DNA of 64,000 nt from the NCBI GenBank assembly GCA_051294375.1, contig CM119269.1, positions 186,001 through 250,000 on the forward strand. The letters run 5' to 3'. The DNA comes from Paraspadella gotoi (lineage: Eukaryota; Animalia; Chaetognatha). Positions 13,902-24,369 of the stretch are shown piece by piece (the first letter of the stretch is position 1; each line of letters opens with the position of its first letter). The position numbers and the translations under genes were made by a program. Under the pieces are notes generated by a model. The model was not told where the DNA came from. It worked only from the letters and a program-made list of their open reading frames with translations, and did not search any database.

Positions 13902-14189
13902 ACGAACATATTGCCAGTTTGAGATCAATCCTGAGAAACATTCAAGACTCAGATCTGATGGCTGTCGAAAAAGGTTTTGAGAATGAAATGGAAAAACGTG
14001 AAGACCGCACAGTAAAAGACGATGATGACGATGATGACGACGCTGGCGTTCCGAACAACCATCGCCAAAAAGCGCTTACAGGCACAGATTAAGAAAAGGA
14101 AGATTCGGAACAACAAGAAGGAGATTTAGATTATTTAGATTTAGATATCGAAAGAACAAAAGCGTTTCAGGTTAATTTTGGGTTCCTAG
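13902..14189 (+). CDS. Secreted cationic peptide precursor, coding exon 2 (acidic propiece + Arg-rich mature peptide), copy A
   Basis: Acceptor tattcctgcag| joins exon 1 in phase 1, giving DEHIASLRSILRNIQDSDLMAVEKGFENEMEKREDRTVKDDDDDDDDAGVPN...; after ~14056 a few 1-nt indels (probably read errors) relative to the clean copy at 18581-18734. Confidence 0.7.
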
Positions 14190-14202
14190 TATCAATATGG
14201 AG

Positions 14203-14834
14203 TAAGCGGTCTGTAGTGAAAGTTAGGTACGAAAATTCTAAAGGTTAATTATGAACAACATACCATCAGTAAACATTAATTTGTAAAAAAAATTAATTTT
14301 ATGTTTTTTTTTAAATTTTCTCAGTTAGGCTAATATTTATATATAGTACTATTCCTTATAAAATCGAAAAAATTTCAAAATAGGCTTTTCTTAATATTGA
14401 TTGCAGATTTGAATTCCTCGTCAAAAGTTGATAAAATAAAATATAAATTATTTTTTTAAAAATTCTTTCATTAAGTGGGTTGAAAATTACAAAAACTATA
14501 GTTAATATATAAACAAGTTAATTTTCAGCTTAAACATATAGCATTTTCTAATTTTTGACCCACTTAATGAAGGAATTTTTTTAAAAAGAGTTATATTTCT
14601 TTTTATCAACTTTTTATGACGAATCCAAATCTGCAAAAAAAATTTAGAAAAAAACTGTTTTTGAAATTTTAACATTTATTGGATTAGTACTAGTATAAAT
14701 ATAGCCAACTGCGTAAATTATAAAATTTATTATAAATTTTTTTTATACATAATGTTCATTAGTATAATGTTTGTTCGTTCCTCACTTTTAGAATTTTAAT
14801 TAAAGTTAAATTTAGAAATTTTACTACGCGCTTA
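14203..14834. mobile_element. hAT-type MITE (8-bp TSD ATATGGAG), largely palindromic; copy A
   Basis: TIR TAAGGCGTAGT...ACTACGCCTTA (clean in copy B), flanked by direct ATATGGAG; long internal inverted repeat at 14368-14670. Confidence 0.75.
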
Positions 14835-15032
14835 ATATGGAGCCCTTGAAATACCTTATTTTATTTGTAATTTCACCATCTTTATCGATTCGTCTTTTCA
14901 TGGGCTATCTTTTGGTATTAGTTTCAAAAAAAAATTATCCTAGGGTGTTACAGGAAGCGTCAAAGTGATACGAGCATCAATGTATTATATTTTTTATAAA
15001 ATTATTTGCTGTTAAATGATGATAGAAACCAG

Positions 15033-15527
15033 TATGGTGGGACAAAAATCCACCCAACCGTTCATCAGCGCGCCATTGGTGCCTCCTCTTCATTCGTGAG
15101 CCCGACTTCCGAACACAACAGCAAACAACAACACTTTTCCAGGCGCACATGCCCTCAACCTGGCGATGCACTTTTCCGCCAACAAACACATCAGGCGACA
15201 TCTGCCTCAACTTGGTGCACACCACTTTCCACCAACAACAATTCACTGAAGAGACGTAACAGACTTCTCCCTACGGGAGTGGGGGCTGTATGGTGGACTA
15301 AAATCCACCAACCGTTCATCAACGGCCATTTTGGTGCAAAGGCAAGTCATTCGCTTCCCAACCCAAAGGTCTGTGGTTCTAGCCCGGTGCCGCCTAGCAG
15401 TTAAGTGGGACGGGGGCGCTTAAACCCCCTGCTTAACTCGGTGTTACAGCCTGATCCGAAAGCTCAGGGACTGCTTATATTGACGGTTTCATATCACTAA
15501 CACATAATAATAATTACTGTCTCTTCA
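15033..15527 (+). mobile_element. TRIM (miniature LTR retrotransposon) with tRNA-like LTR; copy A
   Basis: Same structure and CCAG TSD as 19335-19809, but noisier. Confidence 0.75.
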
Positions 15528-18500
15528 CCAGTTGTAATTGTAATTTTTTTATAAATTTAATTAATATATTTTGTGCGGAATTATTTATACTTAATTTCAG
15601 TTTAAAAGCTAAACCATAATTAGCGTGTTTTTTTCTACTCAACTAATTTTTTCAAAATCAATGAAATAACCCACTGCTGTTTGCAAATGACAGCATATTT
15701 CTACCGGCGCTTTGTAAAAATTGTCACCATGTATATGCACATTTAAAGTTTTATATCTGTTCTTTTAAGTTTCTTAAAATATTTTTTTATTGTGAAATTT
15801 CTAAGTTTAATTTTTTTTTTTTAATATGAATGAAAAAAAGTTCTAAAACTTTATTTGAGCAGGAATAAGTTGTTCTTATTTTTATTTTGTTTTTAGCATA
15901 TATTTTATTCAAAACTAATTTTAAAGTTATTTACTTAAGTGATAATTGCCATGCATTAAATAAAATAAAATTTTTAGCTTAAAACTATAAAAAAGTTTTG
16001 AACAAGTTTTCTTATCGTAAATAATTATCGTCATTTTTATTTGCTGTTGTTTTCCTGCTTAGTAGATCAGTCCTAAATCCGGGGGTTTTAAATGGTATGC
16101 AAGTCTTAATTGTAATAAATAATTGGAGAAATGTTTCACTGTTTTAAAAGTCAATAGTCATTTCTTAGTAAAATTACAACAACAATTTTCACCATATTTT
16201 CTATCTCTTTATAGCAGCTGAATTGTGTTAGTCGACTTATTTATTTGACCCTGCAAAAGGCTAGTCTATTTTTATTGGTTAAGTAATTTGTTGGAATAAA
16301 CTTAGATAAAACCATTTTACATTATAATCTATAAACAAAAAAACTTAAAAAAATGAGAAAGAAAGAAAGAAAGAAAAGAACAAGAAAGAAAGAAAGAAAG
16401 AAGAAAACGAAAAAGATGAAAAACAAGCTTTTTGTTGGGTCAAATGCACGAATGAAAGTCTTTTCGATGATGACGTATCAGAAATCGAATCTCTCTCTCT
16501 CTCTCTCTTCTCGTCCTGTCTCGTCTCTCTCTTTTTTTTTCTTTCTCTCCTCTTCGCCTAAAATTGCCATTCAATCATCCCATTCATACATTTTCCCTCA
16601 AGTCTCCATCATTCAACTTCTTTGATCCGATTAATCTTTACATATAACAGATATGGAAAACGTACATTTTATGAAAAGTCATGAGTTACTGTTAAGATTC
16701 ATGCAAAATGCAAAATGTAAAATGTAAAAAGTAGTTTATGCGGAATAAAAAAAACTTATCTGTAACTGTTTTTAACGCGTGGGAACCAGTATTGGAGTTT
16801 TGTAAGCAAGGTTGGAATGTTCTCAAAAAAGCACGAAATAAGGCTTTTCTTAAGTTTTCTGCAACGTTCTGGCTTGGGATTGAGAGACGCCTAAACTTGT
16901 CGGGTAAAGAGTTCATATCTTTACTTGAGTTAGTCCTTCGGGTTTTGTTTGTCGTGGCGATCTTAAAGTACATTTTTGAAAAGTGAAACATAAGAATAGA
17001 ATGAGAAAGAAAACTAATTGGCAGATGAAAAGGAAAGAAATAACAAAACTGGGAGCAAAAATATTATTTAAGGCACATCATAAGAAAAATTCAAAGCCAG
17101 GACAGCAAGTACGAAAAGAGGACAGAGGAAAAATGGATAGGGAAAGAAGCGGAGAGAGGAGAGACGAGAGAGCGAGAGAGAGAGAGAGAGGACCGAAATA
17201 GGAGCATGAAAACACTTCTCCATAAATGGTTTGGATTTCAGAATCCTTGGAGAGAGCGAAGACGGAAGGCGCGCATGCGAAAGAGAAGAGAGAGAGAGCA
17301 GCAGACGAAGAGAGAGAGAGAGAGAGCGGCAAGAGGCGAGTGTGTCAGTTCAGGAAAGAGTGTCACATAGGGAGAGCGTCCTCTAGACGATGATAAACGC
17401 GAGGAGAGAAAAAAGAGAGAGAAAGAAAAATGGCGAATTCAAAGTGTTTTATCGCATTAGTTATTGGCGTAATTGTTTAGCGATAATGCGATAATCCTTG
17501 TCATGAATTTAACTCTAAGTGATAGACTCTTTTTTAAAGAAAATTTAAATATAAGGATCGGTCGATCAATGACCTTTGAAAAATCAAAACAAATGTTACG
17601 GCGGACGCATGATTTTTATTTCTTGCAGTTCTGGTAAAACAGGGTTTAGCGCTTTAAACATAAGAAGTCTTTAAGTAGGTTGCATTAGGTTTTTGAGTAA
17701 GAAATCATTTGCAGCAGCAATATTGGCCGAACAAAAGTTTGAATAAAATTTTAAAAAAAAAGAAAACTTGCGGAAATAAAAAAAGAGAAAACATTTTATT
17801 TTGAAGAAGCTAACACCAAATTCTAAATGATGCTCTTTTTGTCATCTTCTATGTCATGTACAGCAAATGTTAAATTGTATTTGTTGCACATTGAGGCACA
17901 GTAATTATTTGAAGATGGCCTTTCATATTGTTAAACGGTCTAGTGAAGGAATAAAACGAAGGAAAAAATTTTTGGCGAGAACTTGTAAAAACTGGTCACA
18001 CTGGCTTTCAGCGTCGTTAAGAGATGGAAACTTAAAAAAATAAACGATGCAAGGCATATTAATCAGGTTGTATTGAAATTCTGTAACTTTAACTGTAAAA
18101 ATTTGTACAAATGAAGCCCTGAAAAAAATGACAGAGGTATAGAAATATTGGGTATAGGCCGAGATAAATTGTTTTTTTATCAATCGTCTGCGTCTGTGTT
18201 TTTAGGTCGGGATCTGGCTTTGCAGCAGGGATCCCGACTCTATATCGACTTTGTTGGTCTGCTCGCGCGTCTGCACCCTGATTGATTTACGTCGGGGCAC
18301 TCACTGTATATTGCAGTGGTCAGACATCGAGATTATGATAAAAGTATGCGAAAAAAAGATGGATGTCCGTCCGTTCGCGGGTCCGTGGTCCGGTCCGGTC
18401 CGTCGTCGCGTCCTCCGTCGTCCGTCCTCCTGGGCCGTCCGGGTCCCGTGCCACGCTGGTGAGCAAAAAACAGCCAATTACTGCGGTGCCATTGGTGTTT

Positions 18501-18580
18501 TTGCTAAGTGGAGACGGCACGGACTGGACGGACGGACGACGGCATCTCCTCTCTGNNNNNNNNNNNNNNNNNNNNNNNNN

Positions 18581-18734
18581 TGATGACGACGCTGGCGTTC
18601 CGAACACCATCGCCAAAAAGCGTTACAGGCCAAGATTAAGAAAAGGAAGATTCGGAACAACAAGAAGGAGATTTAGATTATTTAGATTTAGATATCGAAA
18701 GAACAAAGCGGTTTCAGGTAATTTGGGTTCCTAG
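18581..18734 (+). CDS. Secreted cationic peptide precursor exon 2, copy B (5' part lost in gap, otherwise clean)
   Basis: DDDAGVPNTIAKKR-YRPRLRKGRFGTTRRRFRLFRFRYRKNKAVSGNLGS*; a possible donor tcag|gtaatt after AVS could change the last residues. Confidence 0.7.
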
Positions 18735-18747
18735 TATCAATATGGAG

Positions 18748-19144
18748 TAAGGCGTAGTGAAAGTTAGGTACGAAAATTCTAAAGGTTAATTATGAACAAC
18801 ATACCATCAGTAAACATTAATTTGNNNNNNNNNNNNNNNNNNNNNNNNNNNNNNNNNNNNNNNNNNNNNNNNNNNNNNNNNNNNNNNNNNNNNNNNNNNN
18901 NNNNNNNNNNNNNNNNNNNNNNNNNNNNNNNNNNNNNNNNNNNNNNNNNNNNNNNNNNNNNNNNNNNNNNNNNNNNTTTTAACATTTATTGGATTAGTAC
19001 TAGTATAAATATAGCCAACTGCGTAAATTATAAAATTTATTATAAATTTTTTTTTATACATAAATGTTCATTAGTATAATGTTGTTCGTTCCTCACTTTT
19101 AGAATTTTAATTAAAGTTAAATTTAGAAATTTTACTACGCCTTA
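18748..19144. mobile_element. hAT-type MITE, copy B (spans an N gap)
   Basis: ATATGGAG(18740-47)|TAAGGCGTAGT ... ACTACGCCTTA|ATATGGAG(19145-52). Confidence 0.8.
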
Positions 19145-19334
19145 ATATGGAGCCTTGAAATACCTTATTTTATTTGTAATTCACATCTTTATCGATTCGT
19201 CTTTTCATGGGCTATCTTTTGGTATTAGTTTCAAAAAAAAAATTATCCTAGGGTGTTACAGAAGCGTCAAAGTGATACGAGCATCAATTATTATATTTTT
19301 AATAAAATTATTTGTGTTAAATGATAGAAACCAG

Positions 19335-19809
19335 TATGGTGGACAAAAATCCACCAACCGTTCATCAGCGGCCATTGGTGCTCTCTTCATTGGTGAGCCC
19401 GACTTCCGAACACAACAGCAACAACAACACTTTCAGGCGACATGCCTCAACCTGGCGATGCACTTTCCGCCAACAACACATCAGGCGACATGCCTCAACT
19501 TGGTGACACACTTTCCACCAACAACAATTCACTGAAGAGACGTAACAGACTTCTCCCTACGGGAGTGGGGGATGTATGGTGGACTAAAATCCACCAACCG
19601 TTCATCAACGGCCATTGGTGCCAAAGGCAAGTCATTCGCTTCCCAACCCAAAGGTCTGTGGTTCTAGCCCGGTGGCCGCCTAGCAGTTAAGTGGGACGGG
19701 GCGCTTAACCCCCCCTGTAACTCGGTGTTACAGCCTGATCCGAAGCTCAGGGACTGCTTATATTGAACGGTTCTATCACTAACACATAATAATAATTACT
19801 GTCTCTTCA
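19335..19809 (+). mobile_element. TRIM with tRNA-like LTR; copy B (cleanest)
   Basis: TSD CCAG on both sides; internally deleted 5' LTR 19335-19389 (TATGG...TCTCTTCA); PBS TGGTGAGCCCGAC at 19391 (12/13 to the canonical tRNA-Trp PBS TGGTGACCCCGAC); 185-bp non-coding interior with a ~50-bp tandem duplication; PPT GGGAGTGGGGGA at 19561-72; full 3' LTR 19575-19809. Confidence 0.8.
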
Positions 19810-20789
19810 CCAGTTGTAATTGTAATTTTTTTATAAATTTAATTAATATAATTTGTGCGGAATTATTATACTTAATTTCAGTTTAAAAGCTAAACCATAN
19901 NNNNNNNNNNNNNNNNNNNNNNNNNNNNNNNNNNNNNNNNNNNNNNNNNNNNNNNNNNNNNNNNNNNNNNNNNNNNNNNNNNNNNNNNNNNNNNNNNNNN
20001 NNNNNNNNNNNNNNNNNNNNNNNAGAGAGAGATCTGTCATTTAGCAAACCAGAATGTTATTTCATGGTGATTTTAAAAAATTAGTTGAGTAGAAAAAACA
20101 ATCGCTAATAAGTTTTATATCTTCTTTTAAGTTTCTAAAATAGTTTTTTATTGTGAAATTTTTAAGTTTAATTTTTTTTTTAATATGAATGAAAAAAGTT
20201 CTNNNNNNNNNNNNNNNNNNNNNNNNNNNNNNNNNNNNNNNNNNNNNNNNNNNNNNNNNNNNNNNNNNNNNNNNNNNNNNNNNNNNNNNNNNNNNNNNNN
20301 NNNNNNNNNNNNNNNNNNNNNNNNNNNNNNNNNNNNNNNNNNNNNNNNNNNNNNNNNNNNNNNNNNNNNNNNNNNNNNNNNNNNNNNNNNNNNNNNNNNN
20401 NNNNNNNNNNNNNNNNNNNNNNNNNNNNNNNCTATAAAAAGTTGAAAAGTTTTCTTATCGTAAATAATTATCGTCATTTTTATTTGCTGTTGTTTCCTGC
20501 TTAGTAGATCAGTCCTAAATCCGGGGGTTTTAATGGTATGCAAGTCTTAATTGTAATAAATAATTGGAGAAATGTTTCACTGTTTTAAAAGTCAATAGTC
20601 ATTTCTTAGTAAAATTACAAACAATTTTCACATATTTTCTATCTCTTTATAGCAGCTGAATTGTGTTAGTCGACTTATTTATTTGACCCTGCAAAAGGCT
20701 AGTCTATTTTTATTGGTTAAGTAATTGTTGAATAAACTTAGATAAAACCATTTTACATTATAATTATAACAAAAAAACTTAAAAAAATG

Positions 20790-20824
<35 letters not shown>

Positions 20825-20836
20825 AGAAAAAAGAAA

Positions 20837-20867
<31 letters not shown>

Positions 20868-23853
20868 AAATAAAGAAAAAAAAAAAACAAGAAAGGAAAG
20901 AAAGTAAGAAAAAAAGAAAAGAAAGAAGAAAAAGATTGAAAAAAAGCCTTTTATGGGTCAAATGCAATGAATCTTTTGATGATGACGTCAGAAATCGAGT
21001 CTCTCTCTCTCTCTCTCTCCTCTCTCTCTTCTTTTCTCTCTCTCTCTCGCTTAAATTCCATTCAATCATCCATCATACATTTTCCTCAAGTCTCATCATT
21101 CAACTTCTTTGATCCGATTAATCTTTACCATATAAGATATAAAGTACATTTATGAAAAGTCAATTACTTAAGATCATGCAAAATGAAAATGTAAAATGTA
21201 AAAAGTAGTTTAGCGGAATAAAAAAAACTATCTGTAACTTTTTAAACGCGTGGAACCAGTATTTGAGTTTTGTAACAAGGTTGGAATGTTCTCAACAGAC
21301 GAAATAAGGCTTTCTTAAGTTTTTCGCAACGGTTCTGGCTTGGGATTGAACCAAACTTCGGTAAAGAGTTCATATCTTTACTGAGTTAGTCTCGGGTTTG
21401 TTTTTGGGCGATCTTAAAGTACATTTTGAAAAGTAAAATAAAAATAAGAAAGAAAACTAAATTGCAGATGAAAATGAAAAAATAACAAACTGGGACAAAA
21501 TAATATTTAGCACATAATAAGAAAAAATCTCAAAGCCAGACAGCAAGTACGAAAAAGAGACAGAGAACAAAGTGGGAAAAAGGAGAGAGGAGAGTTGAAT
21601 ATGAATATGAATAACTAAACTGGGGCGCAATTTCTGTGGCCATGAGGTCATTTCGTTACGAAAACTAAGTTAATGGTAAAATTCTTTTAAAACTCATTAA
21701 AAATTAATTTTAAAAAACGTGAAAATCCAAATTTAAGACTATGTACAGACTTTCAATTGTTAGTACGTGATACTAAAACCATGAAAAAGGAAAAAATTAA
21801 TCAAAATTAACTAAAAAGATTGATAAGAGCTACAACTGTAAAAAAACGTTATGACGTAATTATGAACCATTCTTAAGAATAGAATTGAATCAATTCAATC
21901 ACAAGTATATTGGAACGGAAAAAAAAAAGAAAAAAAGAAAACTTCAAGACTCGCCATGACAGGTCAAATCTAAAATCTAAGGCAGATGTTGTCCCGACTC
22001 AGTTTCTCATAGCAGAGTATTGGTGGATATGTGTGTGTTCCATTTGTCGTTCTCTATGTGGTGACTGTCCTTTCCAAAACATTTCATTTCCTTGGTCACT
22101 TCATAATTATTTCTCTTCATTGCCTCTTATTCTCAATCTGTTCTTTTCATTCTGTTGTACCTGCTGCATCATACACAAGTTTTTGTAAGAGGTATGCATA
22201 GGCAGTTTTAGGTTTTTGGGCTCTTATATTTAGTTTTCCATTTTTCCATTAATACTTGTTTGTTGTAATCCATACCCAGACTGGAATAGTTTAAGACAGA
22301 CACGACCGACGAGAGGAGAGTGACCGAAATAGGCAGGCATGAAAACACTCTCCATTGAAATGGTTGGATTTCAAATCCTTGGTAGAGAACGAAACGGACG
22401 ACAGATGGAAAGAAGAGAGAGAGAGTCTCGTTATATTTTATAGTATAGTAATTTTCAATTTGTCTCACAGAAACTAAAAATGAATTTAACTTGGCCTAAT
22501 TGAGATAAAAGAGAGAAAGAGGAATAATCGTAAATAGGTCAGGGATTTTTTGAGACTACGTAACAAAACGTTGGTAAATTTTGAGTTACGTAACAAAAGT
22601 TGGTGGGTTTCACGCAACGAAGTTGAAATTAGGCACGAAAACGTGGTAAGGCGATTGGCAGGAGAGAAGTCAGTCTGGCCTTGTCCTTAAACTTGGTGCG
22701 TAACGTTGGCCCGGGAATTCGTCTACACCAAATATTATGATCTCTTAACTTAATTCAACAATTTAAAAAAGGAAACCAAAAACCAGTTTGTATATTTAAT
22801 GGTAATAAAAATTTAGAATTTGGTTATGCACAAAAATTAACCAAGGTCATGACAGATTTACAAAATGGATTCTTTTTCATAAGTTCAATAGAGATAGAGA
22901 TAAAGATATTTCCAATGTAGAAATTTGCTCAAATTATTATATTTTAATATGTAACTTTTTTTTTGGTTCTATTGCAGGCGACTGCACAAGGAAGTTATCG
23001 ACCGCTGTTCTTCGTTAAATTCTTATTACATTGATATTTGATATCCTCCTCCATAGGAGTGTCCATTGATTTAACCCGACGGGGTTAGAACCTGGGACCA
23101 TCGCATTAAAAGAGGAAGCGTTAGACCAGTGCGGCTATTACTAATCAACGATGTTACAAAACTACACGATTTCCCAATTTCATTTTAAATTATATTTTCT
23201 CCTTTCTTTCATAGTTCTCATTACTTACTATTTTCTTTGTCATTTCATTTCTCTCTCCTTCTTAATATATATTTGTCTTTCCTTTTTCCTTTATGTTGGT
23301 CGCGCTGAACGATTAACTTTATTTTCTTCCTCAACCATAACAAAACAATTCCTTCTCTCTATTTTTCTTTCAAAACGAAGGGAGAAGACACTCTTTTGGT
23401 ATCCAAGATTGACCTCATAAAATCTGATGTTTTGCTTGTTTCTCTGATGCCTGCTTGTCTTCTTTTACAATTCGCATTACAACATTATGAGATCATTTAA
23501 TGATTTTTAATCTTCATCGCGCTGGTCACATTTTCTTTCCACACGCTTACCTTCCATTCTCTCTCCTCACCATTCTTTACCTGAATGCACTTACTTATCG
23601 CACCCAAGTTCGTTTCTCCTAACGACTCATATTCGCCGCCCGCCACCGCCGCCGCGCGAGCCGCCTTTTGTTTCCATCCTTTGTTTTCCTTTGTTTTTCT
23701 ATCGTAAACAAAACAACTTTGTAGGCGAATTACATCTCGTGTGTTTACGTGTTTGTTTTTGTTACTCGGTTATGTTTAGAAAATTTTCTCGCTTTAGGAG
23801 ACTTCGAGTCCGGACTTGAATACTCGTAAAAAAAGGAGGGAAAATCAGCAGGA

Positions 23854-23935
<82 letters not shown>

Positions 23936-24369
23936 TGAAATGGCGAATAACACATGAGGCGGAATTTTTAAGAATAGGAATTTATTTATTTCCCGAAATT
24001 TTGATTTTTTTTTCTGAAATCGAATTTTTTATCGAATTTTGAAAAATAAAAAAAAATATTTTATGCATTTGGTTTAGACTAAAACAATGAAATGAAAAAG
24101 TGTTTAAGATGAAGAAGCCGAAAAACTATGAGAAGAAATATGAAAGAGAAAGAAGAGAAAAGAGGGAGAAAGAGAGAAGAGAAGAAGAGATAGGAGGAGG
24201 AAAGAGAGAAGAGAAGAAAGAGTGTAAAGAAATATAGACTAAAGAAATAAAAAGCGAAAGGGAATTGGCTAGAATTCACCCGCCATAAGAATGTCCTTTT
24301 CAGTCGTGACCAGGTGGCTCATCAATTAATGACATCAGGNNNNNNNNNNNNNNNNNNNNNNNNNTTATC

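Larger units (their letters stand above)
18581..24339. repeat. Segmental duplicate B of the peptide-gene block
   Basis: 18581-21590 matches ~14032-17160; 20947-24339 matches 2409-7390, except that 5343-6990 is missing. Confidence 0.9.

Noticed and set aside
18624-18660. RFamide/NPF-type neuropeptide (YRPRLRKGRF-G)
   Set aside because: RFG is followed by TT rather than a basic cleavage site, so amidation there is unlikely; kept only as an alternative reading.
19575-19809. Initially read as a SINE or Helentron because of the tRNA-like head, subterminal IR and hairpin
   Set aside because: 4-bp TSDs at two independent insertions, a fixed TTCA end, a PBS and a PPT fit an LTR/TRIM better.
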